Both the position numbers and the translations under genes were made by a program. From Utricularia gibba (lineage: Eukaryota; Plantae; Magnoliophyta), in the NCBI GenBank assembly GCA_002189035.1, contig NEEC01000020.1:1915592-1979591 (forward strand): a DNA stretch of 64,000 bases, in the 5' to 3' direction. Every line of letters begins with the position of its first letter. Positions within the stretch are counted from its first letter, which is position 1. Shown here piece by piece: positions 36,960-50,185 of this stretch. The notes under the pieces are model-generated. The model was not told the origin of the DNA. It searched no databases and saw only the letters and a list, made by a program, of their open reading frames with translations.

Positions 36960-38050
36960 AAAAGGATATTCCTACTTGTATGATACTTGTATGTATGGGT
37001 TCATTGATGTCATCCTAAATCGGTTCCAGGATTTCAACCACACAAAGGAATAGAACATTGAATTGACTTTGTTCCAGGTTCTCAACTCCCTAGTGGATGA
37101 ACTTGTGGCAAAAGGCTTGGTGAGGGAAAGTGATAGCCCATACTGCATTCCAATTTTATTGGTGTCTAAACATGAGGGAACAAAGAAAATGTTCACAGAT
37201 TGCTGGGCGATTCACCAAAGAACGGTTACGTACAACTATCATATGTCTAGGCTTAATGACATGGTAGATTAATTTTACGGATAATGTATTTCATGTAAAA
37301 TAAATTGATGTTGTTGATATTATTAAACTTGGATGAGGAGGGGGGATGAATGCAAGAATGCTTTCGAAGTTGATGTTGGTTATGCTTTTTAAATTGACTA
37401 ATGCATCTAATACTTTAATTATATTAATGAATCATGTACTACACCGTCTTCTTGGTAAATTTGCTGCTGTTTTCTTCGATGATATTCTCTAGCATGCAAT
37501 TAATTCGCATGCTCCAACAGACTTTTTGCCATTTCATCTCATGAAGTTGAATCCATTGATTGTGCTGAGAAAGTAGATGCCATCAGAACACTTCTCAAGA
37601 GATTCGAAACCATCATGAAGTTAAAAAATAGGGTAATTAGCAAACACGAAGAAACATTGATCAGCATGCAGATTGGATTTGGGTACCTTTGCAAAAGCGT
37701 AGATTTACATCCAAGAGATATTCAAAATTAGCACCTAGAGGAATTGGACCATTTCAAGTCAGTGAGAAAATCGATGATAATACATTCAAAATTGACCTAA
37801 TAGTGGAGGTTTATGTACATTCTATATTCAATATTGCTCAATTGATTCCTTGTGATGTAGATGCTGATCTTCATGAATAAATCTGCTAAAGGGCAGTGGA
37901 GATGATAAGATCATGGATACTAGTGATGAAAACAATGAAAATGAACGAAAGAAGGATCCTCCAATGATTTTGCTTGGACCAATCATTTGATAAAGATCAC
38001 TAGAAAATCCAGAGTTTCTGAAAAGATTACTAGTCAATGATGTCTAAGGT
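36960..38050 (+). mobile_element. Highly deleted CRM RT/integrase relic and LTR stub; mirrored at about 52310-53400
   Basis: LVRESDSPYCIPILLVSK...MFTDCWAI...MSRLNDMVD; KLAPRGIGPFQV. Confidence 0.75.
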
Positions 38051-39296
38051 TCAACCTATTTGAGTCAAGGTTGCTCATTACTCCCTAGTGAACAAAATGC
38101 AACTTTTATTTTGAGCAAGCACACATCTCACCCAATATAAGAATGGTCTTACTTTTGTATGATTGTCGACTTCAAGCTAGATCTACCTTAACCCCCATAA
38201 TCAATTAAAATCTGAAAGTGATTAGTTGTTTTGATGTCATGAGATCAAGCATAAAGATGTAAAAGAGTGCATCAAGAACTTCAAGCTTGAGGATTGACGC
38301 GTAAAAATCGTGTATTTTTCTTTCTTCTTTAAATTTCTTTTCTTTACTTCCTTGTTGCCTGTTTCTTTTACCTCTTTTTTAGGATGTCAAATTATAAAAG
38401 TGAATACCAGAAAGATGACTCATTGGATGAGAAGTTCGCTTTGAATTCTTTGCAACAAGGATTTTAAAAATTGTATCTTTTTTCTCTTCAAAATATTGGA
38501 ATAACCTAAGGTGTACAAAATAATCATACTTCTTGAAGGCCTCGTTGTGTGCGAATGCCTCAACGCAACAACACTGAACTTGAAGGCATCAGTGATCAAT
38601 GGAGTGAAAAGAGCGTTGTAAAAAGAGATAGAATCTAAATTGAATGACAGCTTCAAGAATAACAAGTATCTTGTTATTCAAAGTATCTTGTTCGTATGAT
38701 TAACAAGTATTCAATGACAGCTTCAAGAATAAGCATTCTTTCACTTATAGTGCACACTTGATGAGATAAGCTCCTGAGTCTCTATGGGAGGCACATACGA
38801 TGCAAGTGAGAATCTTAAGTGATGCTAGAGCACTATATGGAGCGAATGGGAATTGTGAAGACGAGGTTCTTAATATAGCAGAGATGGGTGGCGAAAAGGA
38901 ACCAAAAAAAAAAACGGTGCAAAAGAAATTTATTTAGGAAGAACTCGATATTTACTCTCAATTGAGTATCAATAATATTAAGATGAAGTGTGTGAAAAAC
39001 GAGGGTGCTGGTAATCTACAATTTGTCAGTATGATTACATTATAAAATTTCATTTGTTTCTTGCTCATTTCTCTACGTTAGCCACTCCTACAAGTAATCT
39101 ATTTACTTGTCACAATCATCTTTGATAAATCTTAAGCAAGATGATGAAAGATGATGATGGGCATTTAAAGATGTTGTATATGTGGCACAAATGGAAAATA
39201 TGAATAAATGTTAAGAATCTATTGAACCATATTACGTTAGAAGTTTGGCTTAAAATGTTGGAACCAAAGGCGCTCAACAACATCCAAAAGAGTATA

Positions 39297-39865
39297 TGAT
39301 AAGATCATGGATGCTATAAATTATGACAATGAAAATAAAGGAGATAAGATCAATAATCCTCTATTGATTTCAGTTGGACCAATCACTAGATCAAGAGCAA
39401 GAAGGAAACAAGAAGTGCTTAAGAGCTTATGGGCCAATCAATCAAGCTATGAGGTGTTGTGCATGAAATTCAACATTCTCAAAGTGAATCAACTTGATTA
39501 GAGAAGGCCCATTACTACCAAATACATTATTATTACTACTTTTCCTCTAATAAGGCCCAATTCTTCATTTATTTAAGAAGACCTTACTCATGTTTTGGAC
39601 AACTTTGATTATAATAACTTTTGAGAGCTATTCTCCTTCCTTGAATTCTTGTAGAACTTAGACTTATCAAGCCTCGCTTGTGGTGTATAGTGTGTGGTTT
39701 ATCACTTCCAATTCCTTCCTTGATTCTGTGAGTGTGGTACCATTTCATAGTTTGGGTTGCAAGGATCTTTCAATCCTTGAGGGCCAACTTCTTTTTCTCG
39801 AGGGATTGCTTCTTTTCAACCAAGATCTGATTTGCCAATCACTTGTTGATTGGAGGGTCGTATCA
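39297..39865 (+). mobile_element. CRM solo LTR; mirrored at 50493-51061
   Basis: TGATA...TATCA, flanked by GTATA/GTATG (TSD with one mismatch); GPITRSRARR motif. Confidence 0.88.
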
Positions 39866-40299
39866 GTATGAAATATCAATTATATGAAATAATTTAAAAG
39901 ATCATCAAAAAGTACATCTTGAGATTATTTATAATTTAGAATTGGGTTCTAACATTTCAAGACCCAAACTAAATAAAAAAAACTGACAAGTAAAATAACA
40001 CACATGAAAGATGAAAAGACATATTGGCCTCTAAGGTAGATTCAACATCAAGTAGTTGAACCCCATTAATGGTAAAAGTTCAAGCGCATGGTTTATAACA
40101 ATAATGTTGAGTAGAGTGTTCAGTGTAGCTTCAACTATCTTGCTCCTACTCCTTGTCATTAGTTATGATGGAATGATATTACTATCCAAATTGTCCACTT
40201 GTACACCATATGTTGATCAAATCTTCTAGTGATGATTCCATTCCAAATATGTTGATCAAATCTTCTTAATACTATTTTGTTATTCAGGAAGACGTAACT

Positions 40300-41000
40300 A
40301 TTTTTTTGAGATATTTCCATGCCCAAAAACTAACTGGCCAGTCCAAGATCTGTGAGATCATAGCACGGCCAATGCTCTTCAATTAATTGAGAGCAAAAAA
40401 TAGGTCATCAACGTATGAACGCAATAATTTATCCCTTAGGTTCTTCTTCAAGTAGCGGGTAGTATTATTTTGACTTCTCTGAAATCCATGCTCAATGAAG
40501 TAAGTGTGCCATTATTTTGCTGCTGGCTTTAGACCATATATGTCTTCCTTCAAGCCTCCATTTAATAACGAACTCTTCATATCAAGGTGATGTAACTTCC
40601 AGTTGTTGCATGCTGCATAGGCAATTAGCAGCTTCATTGTATCTAGATGACCCATTGGTGCAAAGCTTTCGAGATAATCCATTCCAGCCTTATCTGATTT
40701 TTCTTTTATTTCATTCTTCTCATCCACTTCAGGCTATGAGGTTTAACAGTATTTGGAGCATCACCACTTCTGAGCCTCCATGCTCACTTCCGAAATTCCG
40801 TGATGATATACACTCCTGTTTCGTTATTTTGGATTGCTCCAATCATGCCCATCTTCACACTCAGTGCACTCCTCAAAGTTTCTGAGGGAGTACTGGAAGC
40901 GTTGATCGAGTCTGGATTAGGAAATAGGCTCGATAAGGAGGCTGGTGATTGAAGTTCGCCATTGAAAGGGGTAAGGTTCCAGTGCCAACTTTTTTATTCA
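40300..41000 (-). mobile_element. Degenerate copia RT fragment
   Basis: GMDYLESFAPMGHLDTMKLLIAYAACNNWKLHHLDMKS. Confidence 0.7.
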
Positions 41001-41185
41001 TCAACAATGATGTCACAGCCTATTTCTACTCTATTGGCTTTCATGTTTAGTTCACCATTGAAATGACTAAGAAAAAACTGACATTCGCACTCTAGTCTAA
41101 CTTACTGCGTTTTTCTTTTGGCACATATATATATCACAGAGTGTCAGGACCCATGCCCAGGGCCCAAGAGGCATGAGGCATGACT

Positions 41186-43420
41186 GTCAAGTCCTTATGA
41201 CATGATACCTGATTCTTATGTGTTTGACTTTGCTGAAATTTGTTGGAACCTTGGCAATAGAGATTGAAGCTCGATTATCCATAAGCAGATATGTAGCTTC
41301 CTTCTGAACGAATCGAAGTTCGTTTAACATTTTTCTCAACCAAACGCAATAGCTCAAAGCATGTGCTACTGAGATGTATTCTGCTTCAAGTGTTAATTGC
41401 GCTACCATCTTTTGTTTCTTTGAAAACTAGACTACAGGGCTCTTACTTAAGAAGAAGAGTGCACTAGATGTACTATTGCTATCTTCAGCCATATCATAAT
41501 CCCTATCTAAGTACGCTCTAAGTTTAAAGACTTATTTTTCCCCTTCATAGGAATAGAACAATCCAAAATCAGTAGTGCATTTTATGTACCTGAAAGCTCT
41601 TTTTACAGCTGGCATGTGAGTTGTTATTGGTTTATTCAGGAAGCGAGATCAGACATTTACACAAAAACACAGGTCATGCCTTGTATGCTGGAGATACATG
41701 AGGGTTCCAATCATACTTTTATAAGTAGTAGCATCCACATTCCTTTCCTGATTATCTTCTCCAATCACCTGTTTGTAATCCAAATGAGTTTTTGAAGGAT
41801 TAACATCTTTAAACTCAAACCTTTCAAAAAGTTCATTACAGTACTTCTTTTGAAATATTAATGTTCCAACACCTGCAAGTTGATGAATTTCCATGTCTAA
41901 ATAATAGGAAATCATTTCAAGGTCAGTTATCTTGAATTCAATTTTAAGTAGAGTTTTGAATTTTTTAATCTTACTTTCATCACCTAAGGTAATCATAAGA
42001 TTATGAACATATAAGCTAACAAATAACCGATCATCTCCCTTTCCTTTAAGATATAGTGAGTGATCGCAATATGTCTTTATGAAACCAATACCCTAGAGAA
42101 AGTTATTCATGCTATAGGAGCATGCTTCAACCCATAGAGAGATTTTTTTAGCTTCAATACTTTGTATTCATGACCAAAAACTTCAAAGCCCTTTGGATGT
42201 TCAACAAGAACAACCTCCTCCAAAACACCATTCAAAAACGAAGTTTTCACATTCATGTGATGCACTTTCCATCCATGAGTAGCTGAAATAGCAAGAAGTA
42301 CTTTAATCATGTCAAATCCTTCTACTGGTGCAAAAATCTCATGAAAGTTTCTTATTTTGATTTGACTATATCCCTTGGCTACTAATCTACACTTATATTT
42401 GCTAACAGAACCATCTGCGTTGATTTTGCTTTTGAAAACTTTATCCTTAGATTTGTAAACTAACTCCCAGGTTTCATTTTCAAGTATAGAATTCATTTCT
42501 TCCACCATGGAAACACTCTATTTCGGATTTTATACTACCACATCAAATGATGCTGGATCTATTGTCAATAGTCCAGCCAGAATATCAGCTACGGTATCTT
42601 TAAAATCATCATTCAACTTGGAAAAACTTATTTTAGGAGTCTTGTTTCTTTTGCTTCGTCTTATGTCAATAACCTTATCACCTCCATAATCGATTGATTG
42701 TCTAATGCTTTTGCATTTCTTTCCTTGCCAATCACGACCAGATGGGTAATAATCCTCATCATCAGTATCAGGTTCCAAAACTTGAAGATGATTGAAAGCA
42801 CTAATCTTGTGTCATAATGTCATATTTCAGATAAAAAAGTGTTGGGTTCGAACATGGAAATGTTGGATTCGAGTTATTGGGCTTTTTTGTATGTTTTCAA
42901 TAATTGTGGCCAACTGTTGGGTAACCTAGATATTAGGTATATATAAACCCTACTAGAAATGCGTGTCAATTAGGTTTTCGGTCATTCTTATTGTTCATGA
43001 GTTGTTTCTTTATTAAGGGTGATTTCATAAGCATTACCTTTTATTACTTCCCAAAACTCTATCTTTCATTCATCAGCATCCATCAAATTCATTTGTTAAT
43101 AAATTTTCTGCAATTATACCTTGCTCCCCTTTTGGGAGTTCGAAATTTCCATCTGAATATTGATCATTGGCCGGATGTGATTGTTCACATAAGGGTTCTG
43201 AGATTGATTCTGAATTCTCAATGGATGAGTCATCTTTATTTGGGCATTCTCCTCTTCTGGAAGTGGGAAATTCCCATCCGAACACCGATCATTTACTTGA
43301 TTCACTGAAGAGTTCTTAAAATAATTTTGAGTTCTTATTCACTTGTATTTGTTCACTTCCATCTTCAATTTTTGATTTATTCAATTTCTGGAAGAGATGT
43401 TTTGAGGCATGTGTGTCCAT
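41186..43420 (-). mobile_element. Copia copy D (RNase H-RT-linker, degenerate) with an oppositely oriented family LTR piece at about 42780-43050
   Basis: ORFs 41187-41408, 41649-41996 and 42107-42508 parallel copy B. The segment 42780-43050 is the reverse complement of the 15134-15456 LTR. Confidence 0.85.
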
Positions 43421-43423
43421 AGT

Positions 43424-46400
43424 TAATGAGCCCCAGGAAGATAATGAAATGTATTTGAAGAATGATGAAAAGTTTGTCCAAGGGAACACATTAGAAACAA
43501 AGATGATTCCACCAGGACCAATGACTAGGAGCAAGACAAAGATGGTTGAATATACACTTAAGCGTCTACTCAATACCATTGGAATCAAACATGGGCTTGA
43601 AGACATCCCATCAAAAGAGTTCAACTACTTGAAAGTGGATTTATCTTAGAGCATTGGACTTTTTAGACTTTTTTATTTCATTTAATTTGGGCCAAATAAT
43701 GTTAGAGCCCAATCCTGCAGTATAAATACTCTAGAGTTGTACTATTTCAGGATCTTTAATCATTTTCATGGATGTTGTGAGTATTCTCCTTTTTTTTGAG
43801 TGCTTGAACACTCTTAACTTATCAAGCTTTGAGCTTGTGGCGTTCTAGGATGATGAGCCCCAGGAAGATAAATGAAGTGTATTTAAAGAATGATGAGGAG
43901 TTTGTTCAAGTGAACAAATTAGAAAGAAAGATGATTCCACCAGGACCAATGACTAGGAGCAAGACAAAGATGGTTGAAGATACACTTAAGGGTCTACTCA
44001 ATACCATTGGAATCAAACATGGGCTTGAAGACATCCCATCAAAAGAGCTCAACTACTTGAAGATGGACTTAACTTAGAACATTGGGCTTGTTAGACTTTT
44101 CTATTTCATTTAGTTTGGACTATGTAATGTTAGAGCCCAATTCTAGAGTATAAATACTCTAGAGATGTACTAATTCAGGATCTTTGGTCATTTTATGTAT
44201 CTTGTGAGGATTCCCCTCTCCTTTGAGTGCTTGAACACTCTTAACTTATCAAGCTTTGAGCTTGTGGCGTTCTAGGATTATCACTTCCAATCAATCTCTC
44301 TTTTCTGAAGTGTGGCTCCTAATTTTCTTTGTTTCGAAGTCTGGTTGCAAGAGATTTATTCTCTTGAGGGTAGACTTGGGTGGGTTCTCTTCTAAGCTTC
44401 AAAATCACCTCTTTTTTGTGGGTTGCTAATCTCTATAGATTAGAGGGTCACATCATAGTATTATCACTTTCAATACCTCTCTTTCCTGAAGAGTGCCTCC
44501 TAATTTTCTTTGTTTCGAAGTCTGGTTGCAAGAGATTCATTTTTTTGAGGTTAGACTTGGGTGGATTCTCTTTTAAGCTTCAAAATCACCTCTTGTTCAT
44601 GGATTGCTAATCTCTATACATTAGAGGGTCACATCATTTAGTATCACAGCTTTGGGTTCCTTCTTCATAATATTATCCTGTTCTTGAAAAAAAAAAAAAA
44701 ACGTTCAAGCCACATCCTTCTTCGTAATTTTGGCTTTGACAAAAAAAAAAAAAAAAAAGGGTTCACAGGAAGTTGATTGAGGAAGAGCTCGAAATTGAGT
44801 GTCAATTGAATAGCAAAAACACCTGGAAAATATCAACTTCAAGGGTGTTAAAAGAGAAGGAGAGTGGAGGTGAATACCCATCACCAATCACTATCATCCA
44901 TTATTTTATATGTTTCCTTATGACCCACGTCTCTAGTTTTCCCATATCACCAAGCAACCACTTTATTGTTGTTTTCCTTATCTTGATCCCCATTCCTTGT
45001 CACTTACTTGTCCGTACAATTCCAGTTCGCTATTCTCTTTGTTAATTGCCCATTCCTATGTTTCTGCAATTTCACAAGAATTATATTTAGTATGTAGTGC
45101 TCATTCCTCTGTTTTCATCTTATCTTACCTTGTGTCCATCCCTCCTATTTATCTACTGCAACAAACAACCAACATAATTCAACCAATCCCGCCTTTTTTG
45201 TCTCTATTTTGAGACAATTAACACTGCCAATCTCACCTAACCCCATCATAACACCATAATCAATTATAATCTGGAAGTGATTAATTTTTGAGGTGTCACG
45301 AGGTCAAGCATGATAATGTTATGGAGTGCATCAAATTCTCTTTTCTTTCTTGAGACAATTAAGACTTGAAGCTTGGGGATTGATTGATAAACCTTGTGTG
45401 TGCTTCTTTGCTCTTTCACTTTATTCTCTTTTTTTTCTCTTGCTGCTCGTTTTCTTTTGTCTTCTATTTAGAATGTCAAATTCAAGAAGTGAGCATGAAA
45501 AGGATGATTTACCGGATGAAAAGTTCACTTTCAGAGCTGTGCAACAATTATTTGAAAAATTGCATCGTATTTTGGAAAATATAAATGTCAGGCTTGATGA
45601 ACACGAAAATTCTCTACAAAATGTTGCAAGAGCCGAAAGACAAGATAATTATGCTGCTGGGAGGGGTGGAGGCATTCAAATGCATCAACGCATCAACACT
45701 GAACATGACTTAAGTGATCAATGAAGTGCGAGGACTGTTGGAAGAAGAAATCGAATCCTGAATACTGATGAAGAAGATGACTACCTTGAATATGGTGAAA
45801 ATGATTTTCTTCATGGTGATACAAGAAGATTTCGAGATCAGGGAGGCAGGAGAAACAGAGGAAGAATTGGAAAGGATGCTAACAACATCAAGATGAAGAT
45901 ACCTCAATTTCAAGGAAACAATGATGCAGATGCATATCTCCAATGGGAAACAAGAGTAGAACATGTGTTTGATTGTAACAACTTCTCTAAAGAAAAGAAA
46001 GTATGATTAGCTTGCATGGAATTCAGTGATTATGCGGTAATTTGGTGGGATCAATTGGTTGCTAAAAGAAGGATTGACTCTGAAGAACCAACTCATACTT
46101 GGGCTGAGATGAAAAGAGTCATGAGGAGGCGATTTGTTCCAAACCATTACCAAAAAGATGTTTATCAGCGTTTGCAGAATCTCAAGTAGGGCTTAAGGTC
46201 AGTGTATGAATATTGGCAGGAAATGGAGATCTTGATAAATAGAACCAATCTTCATGAAGATAGGAAAGCAACTATGGCAAGGTTCCTTCATGGGATGAAT
46301 AAGGAGATTGCAAATATGGTAGAGCTTTATCACTACATTGAGATGGAGGACATGATTCATATGGCCACGAAACTTGAGAAACAACTCTCTAATAAGAGCT

Positions 46401-48478
46401 TTACTCGAGATTTTAACAACAGGGCCCCCGATTGGAGATTTGAAGTACTAAGAAGATGTTGGAGAGAAATAAAGGGAAGTCATCAATGTAAAACTTCAAA
46501 TTCGATATCCTATCAAGTTCCAAGCAAGGGGAACGAACAACACCTCAAATAGGCACTTCAAGGAACATAAAGTGTTTCAAGTGCTTGGGGCATGGACATA
46601 TTGCTTCTGAATGTCCAAATAAACGAGCAGTGGTTAGTGAGGATGATGATGATTTCGTGGAGACAGAAGCTGAAGTGAGTGATGAGGATGAATTGCCTGA
46701 TTCTGGAGAATTATTAGTCACTCGAAGGACACTTAACATTTGAGTGAAGGATAATGATGAACAAAGGGAAAATTGTTTTCAAACCGGTGCTTTGTTAATG
46801 GGAAAGTGTGCAACCTGATTATTGATGAAGGTAGTTTAACCAAAGTTGCCAGCCACATCTTGGTGGAGAAATTGGGACTACCAACCGTAAGACATTCTAA
46901 GCCTTATAACTTGCAGTGGTTCAATGAAGGAAGTGAGGTAATGCTACCAAACAAGTGCTTGTGGCATTTTCTATAGGGAGACATGAAGATGAAATCCTAT
47001 GTGATGTTGTTCCTATGCATGCAAGTGATATTCTTCTTGGGATGTCTTGAGAATATGATAGAAGAGCGTTTCATGACGGTTTCATGAACAAGTATTCCTT
47101 CCATCATAATGGACGCTCTATCACACTTGCTCCATTATCTCCAAAGGAGGCACATGAAGATCAAGTTAGGATCCTTAGTGATGGTAGAGCCCTGCATAGT
47201 GCTAATGGAAAACACCAAGAGGACGTGCCTAAGGGAGAAGAGATGAGTGGAGTGTAAATGAGTGAAAAAAGTGGAGAGAAAAGAAGTGATGGGAAGGAAT
47301 TGAGTGGAAAAAAGGATGAAAATGTGTGCAAGATAGAAAGTGGAAACATGAGGATTTTAGAAATTGAGAAAAAAAATGAGAGTCTCTTAACAAGGACAAG
47401 CGAGATTAGACACTCACTTCATGCTAGTCAACCATTCCTTGTAGTTATGTACAAGGATGAAGTTCCTACTTTCCCTAACAAGACTTCACCCATTTCATCT
47501 TGTATTGTGTCTCTTTTACAGGTATATCAAGATATATTTCCAAAAGAACTTCAAGGCCTACCTCCCCTTAAAGGGATTGAGCATCAAATTGACCTTGTGC
47601 CAGGAGTACAACTCCCAAACCGAAAAGCCTACCGAGCCAATCTAGAGGAGACGAAGGAAATACAAAAGCAAGTTGAGCAACTGATGTCTAAAGGATTTGT
47701 GCGTGAGAGCATGAGCCCTCGCTCTGTGCCGGTGTTATAGGTTGCAAAGTCTGATGGAACCTTGTGGATGTGCACTGATTGTCGCGCCATCAACAACATC
47801 ACAATCAAGTATAGACATCCTATCCCTAGACTTCAAGATATGCTTGATGAATTGCATGGTGCTTGAGTTTTTAGTAAAATTGATTTGAGAAGTGGATATT
47901 ATCATATTAGAATAAAGGAAGGTGATGCCTTTTGGATTAACTAATGCTCCTAGCACCTTTATGAGATTGATGAATCACGTTCTTACGCCTTTTATAGGTA
48001 GATTTGTAGTTGTTTATTTTGATTATATTCTGATCTATAGCAATAGTATTAAGGAACATGTCGGGCATTTGAAAGATGTGTTAAATACTCTAAGAAAAGA
48101 AAAATTATTTGCTAACATAAAAAAGTGTGTCTTTTGCACAAATAGTGTTTCTTTTCTAGGATATGTTGTAAGTGATGCAAGAGTAGCTGTGGATGAAATC
48201 AAAGAAGTTAGGAGTTTTCATGGATGTTGTGAGGGTTCTCCTCTTCTTTGAGTGCTTGAACATTCTTAACTTATCAAACTTTGAGCATGTGGCGTCCTAG
48301 GATTATCACTTCCAATCCCTCTCTTTTCGGAAGTGTGGCTACTAATTTTCTTTGTTTCGAAGTGTGATTGCAAGATATTCATTTTCTTGAGGGTAGACTT
48401 GGATGGATTCTCTTTTAACCTTCAAAATCACCTCTTGTTTGTGGGTTGCTAATCTTTATAGATTAGAGAGTCACATCA
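43424..48478 (+). mobile_element. CRM-type (chromovirus) gypsy element: 5' LTR with a nested solo LTR, PBS, gag, protease, RT, and a truncated 3' LTR
   Basis: Gag from about 45473 (KIPQFQGNND..YLQWE, WWDQL, RRFVPNHY); CFKCLGHGH; CNLIIDEGS; [35 protein letters not shown]; LTR end CACATCA at 44636 and 48478. Many stops. Confidence 0.92.
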
Positions 48479-48639
48479 CTAGACTTATCAAGCCTTGCTT
48501 GTGATTCCATTTCATAATTAGGGTTGTAAGGATCTTTCAATCCTTAAGTGACAACTTTTTCCTCCCTGAGGAATTGCACCTTTTAAACCAAGTTATGCTT
48601 TTCCATTAGTTTGTTAATTGGAGGATCGTATCATGTACT

Positions 48640-48960
48640 CTCTTAAATGTAAATCATAAGTGGTCACACATTTTATGCTGTTCAAGTCAATGAGTGTGAT
48701 TCACAGCCAACAGAAAATTCTTGCCATCAGATCCTAAAATAATGGAGAATATACCCACCTTGAACTCAAATACGTTAGTCAAGAAAGTGAATTTGTTCAC
48801 CAGTTCACGGCACCATGAACTCAACAGCAAAATGGTATCTGTAAAAGGAAAAACAAGTCCGTCATGGTGCATTGTTGTGCATTGTTTACTGCTCGAAAAG
48901 AAGATGCCTAGGTATAAATCCTGAACAGACTACCCACAAAAGAGACCAAAGGAAGCAAGA
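48640..48960 (+). mobile_element. Degenerate copia integrase fragment
   Basis: RS*NNGEY...HQFTAP*TQQQNGICKRKN. Confidence 0.6.
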
Positions 48961-50185
48961 CTTCCCATGAACTGTGATACAAACAAGAAACCTTATGTTG
49001 ATCAATTTAAATTGCTCACTTCTCTGTGTTATGGTGTGTGACATCTATTGCTGGAGTTTAGCATAATACCTCCCTAATGATCATGGTTATGTATGAAATC
49101 AATAAAGGATGGGCCCCATACCGGTATGGAGGTTGTTTTTATTAACCAATGGAGATGGGGCAGGTGCTATCTAAAAGGAAGAGCCACATGGCAAATTCAA
49201 GATAGAGGGGATGCTGACTCATGATGTCTCCTAGGTTCAGGTGAATAGAGTCACGTTGGAGAAAACTGGAGAATCATAGTTGAATAGGAAGGAGGGTAGA
49301 GAATACAGCCAGTGAGAAGGGGAGAGTTCATGGTTCTAGTTGTGGGAAGTGATTATTTCTATAGAGAGTAAGGTAAGTGGGATGAGTGCTACTATTTTTA
49401 TAAGCATGTTTTGATGCTTCTCTGGAACATATGTGATTGATTGCCTATGTGTCATTATATGTTGTTTTAGAAAGATTTCTTTCCTGTTTTCATTAACCTG
49501 TTTTTCTTGGTGTGAAAAGTCCAGCATGGCACGTCCTTCTGATCTTAGGGTTTCAAATCTATTTAGAGTCCCTAAAATCCTCCTTTCAAAACCTAAATGG
49601 TTCTCTTCCAAGGATTAGGTGACCTTGTTGGCCGGTTACCAAACAAGTATTCCCTTTCGAAGTGCATAGAATGCTCAATGTTATTTCTCTATGTGCTATG
49701 TGAACATATGATAGTAAATGGAGAGGAGTGTGGGACCCACACTCCTAGCAACAAGGTTTTAACCATTTGATTCATGCCTAAATATGTCAGACATGTATGA
49801 GGCAACCCTATGGGGTAAGCCAGTCAAGAAAGGCCAGGGAACACGTTATATTCATGCTATGGTCTGAGTTTAGAGGTGATGTTCGGTTGGTGCCTCTTCT
49901 GAACACTACTAAAGGACTTAGGCAATACATGACCCATTTCCTAAGATATGGAGGTGATGCCTAAGCTGAAGGGTCAAGGGGATTGGGCAAAGATAGACAA
50001 TGAGACTCACTAATTGGATATGTGCTTGTCTTTGAGATTTTATGCTCAAACACCCTTTCTTTACTTCATGCATGTTTATCTTTTACCAAACCTCAGTAGC
50101 ATGACCACTCTATGCTTTAACTTGTTCCAGGTGTAGAGCGGAATGGTGAAAGGTCTGGTGATCAACCAAGGTTGTGGTTCAGCTG

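Larger units (their letters stand above)
26350..40173 (+). repeat. Arm 1 of a giant inverted repeat (at least 13.8 kb)
   Basis: ORFs over ~60 aa in this arm generally have an opposite-strand twin with coordinate sums of 90353-90359 (for example 32766+57592 and 39680+50678). The last base of the window pairs with 26350. Confidence 0.98.
40174..50185. other. Single-copy spacer (about 10.0 kb) between the inverted arms, made of retrotransposon relics
   Basis: No mirror ORF pairs inside. It contains copia RT/RNase H pieces, a copia LTR, a CRM gag-pol and Athila-like fragments. No host gene was recognised. Confidence 0.9.
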
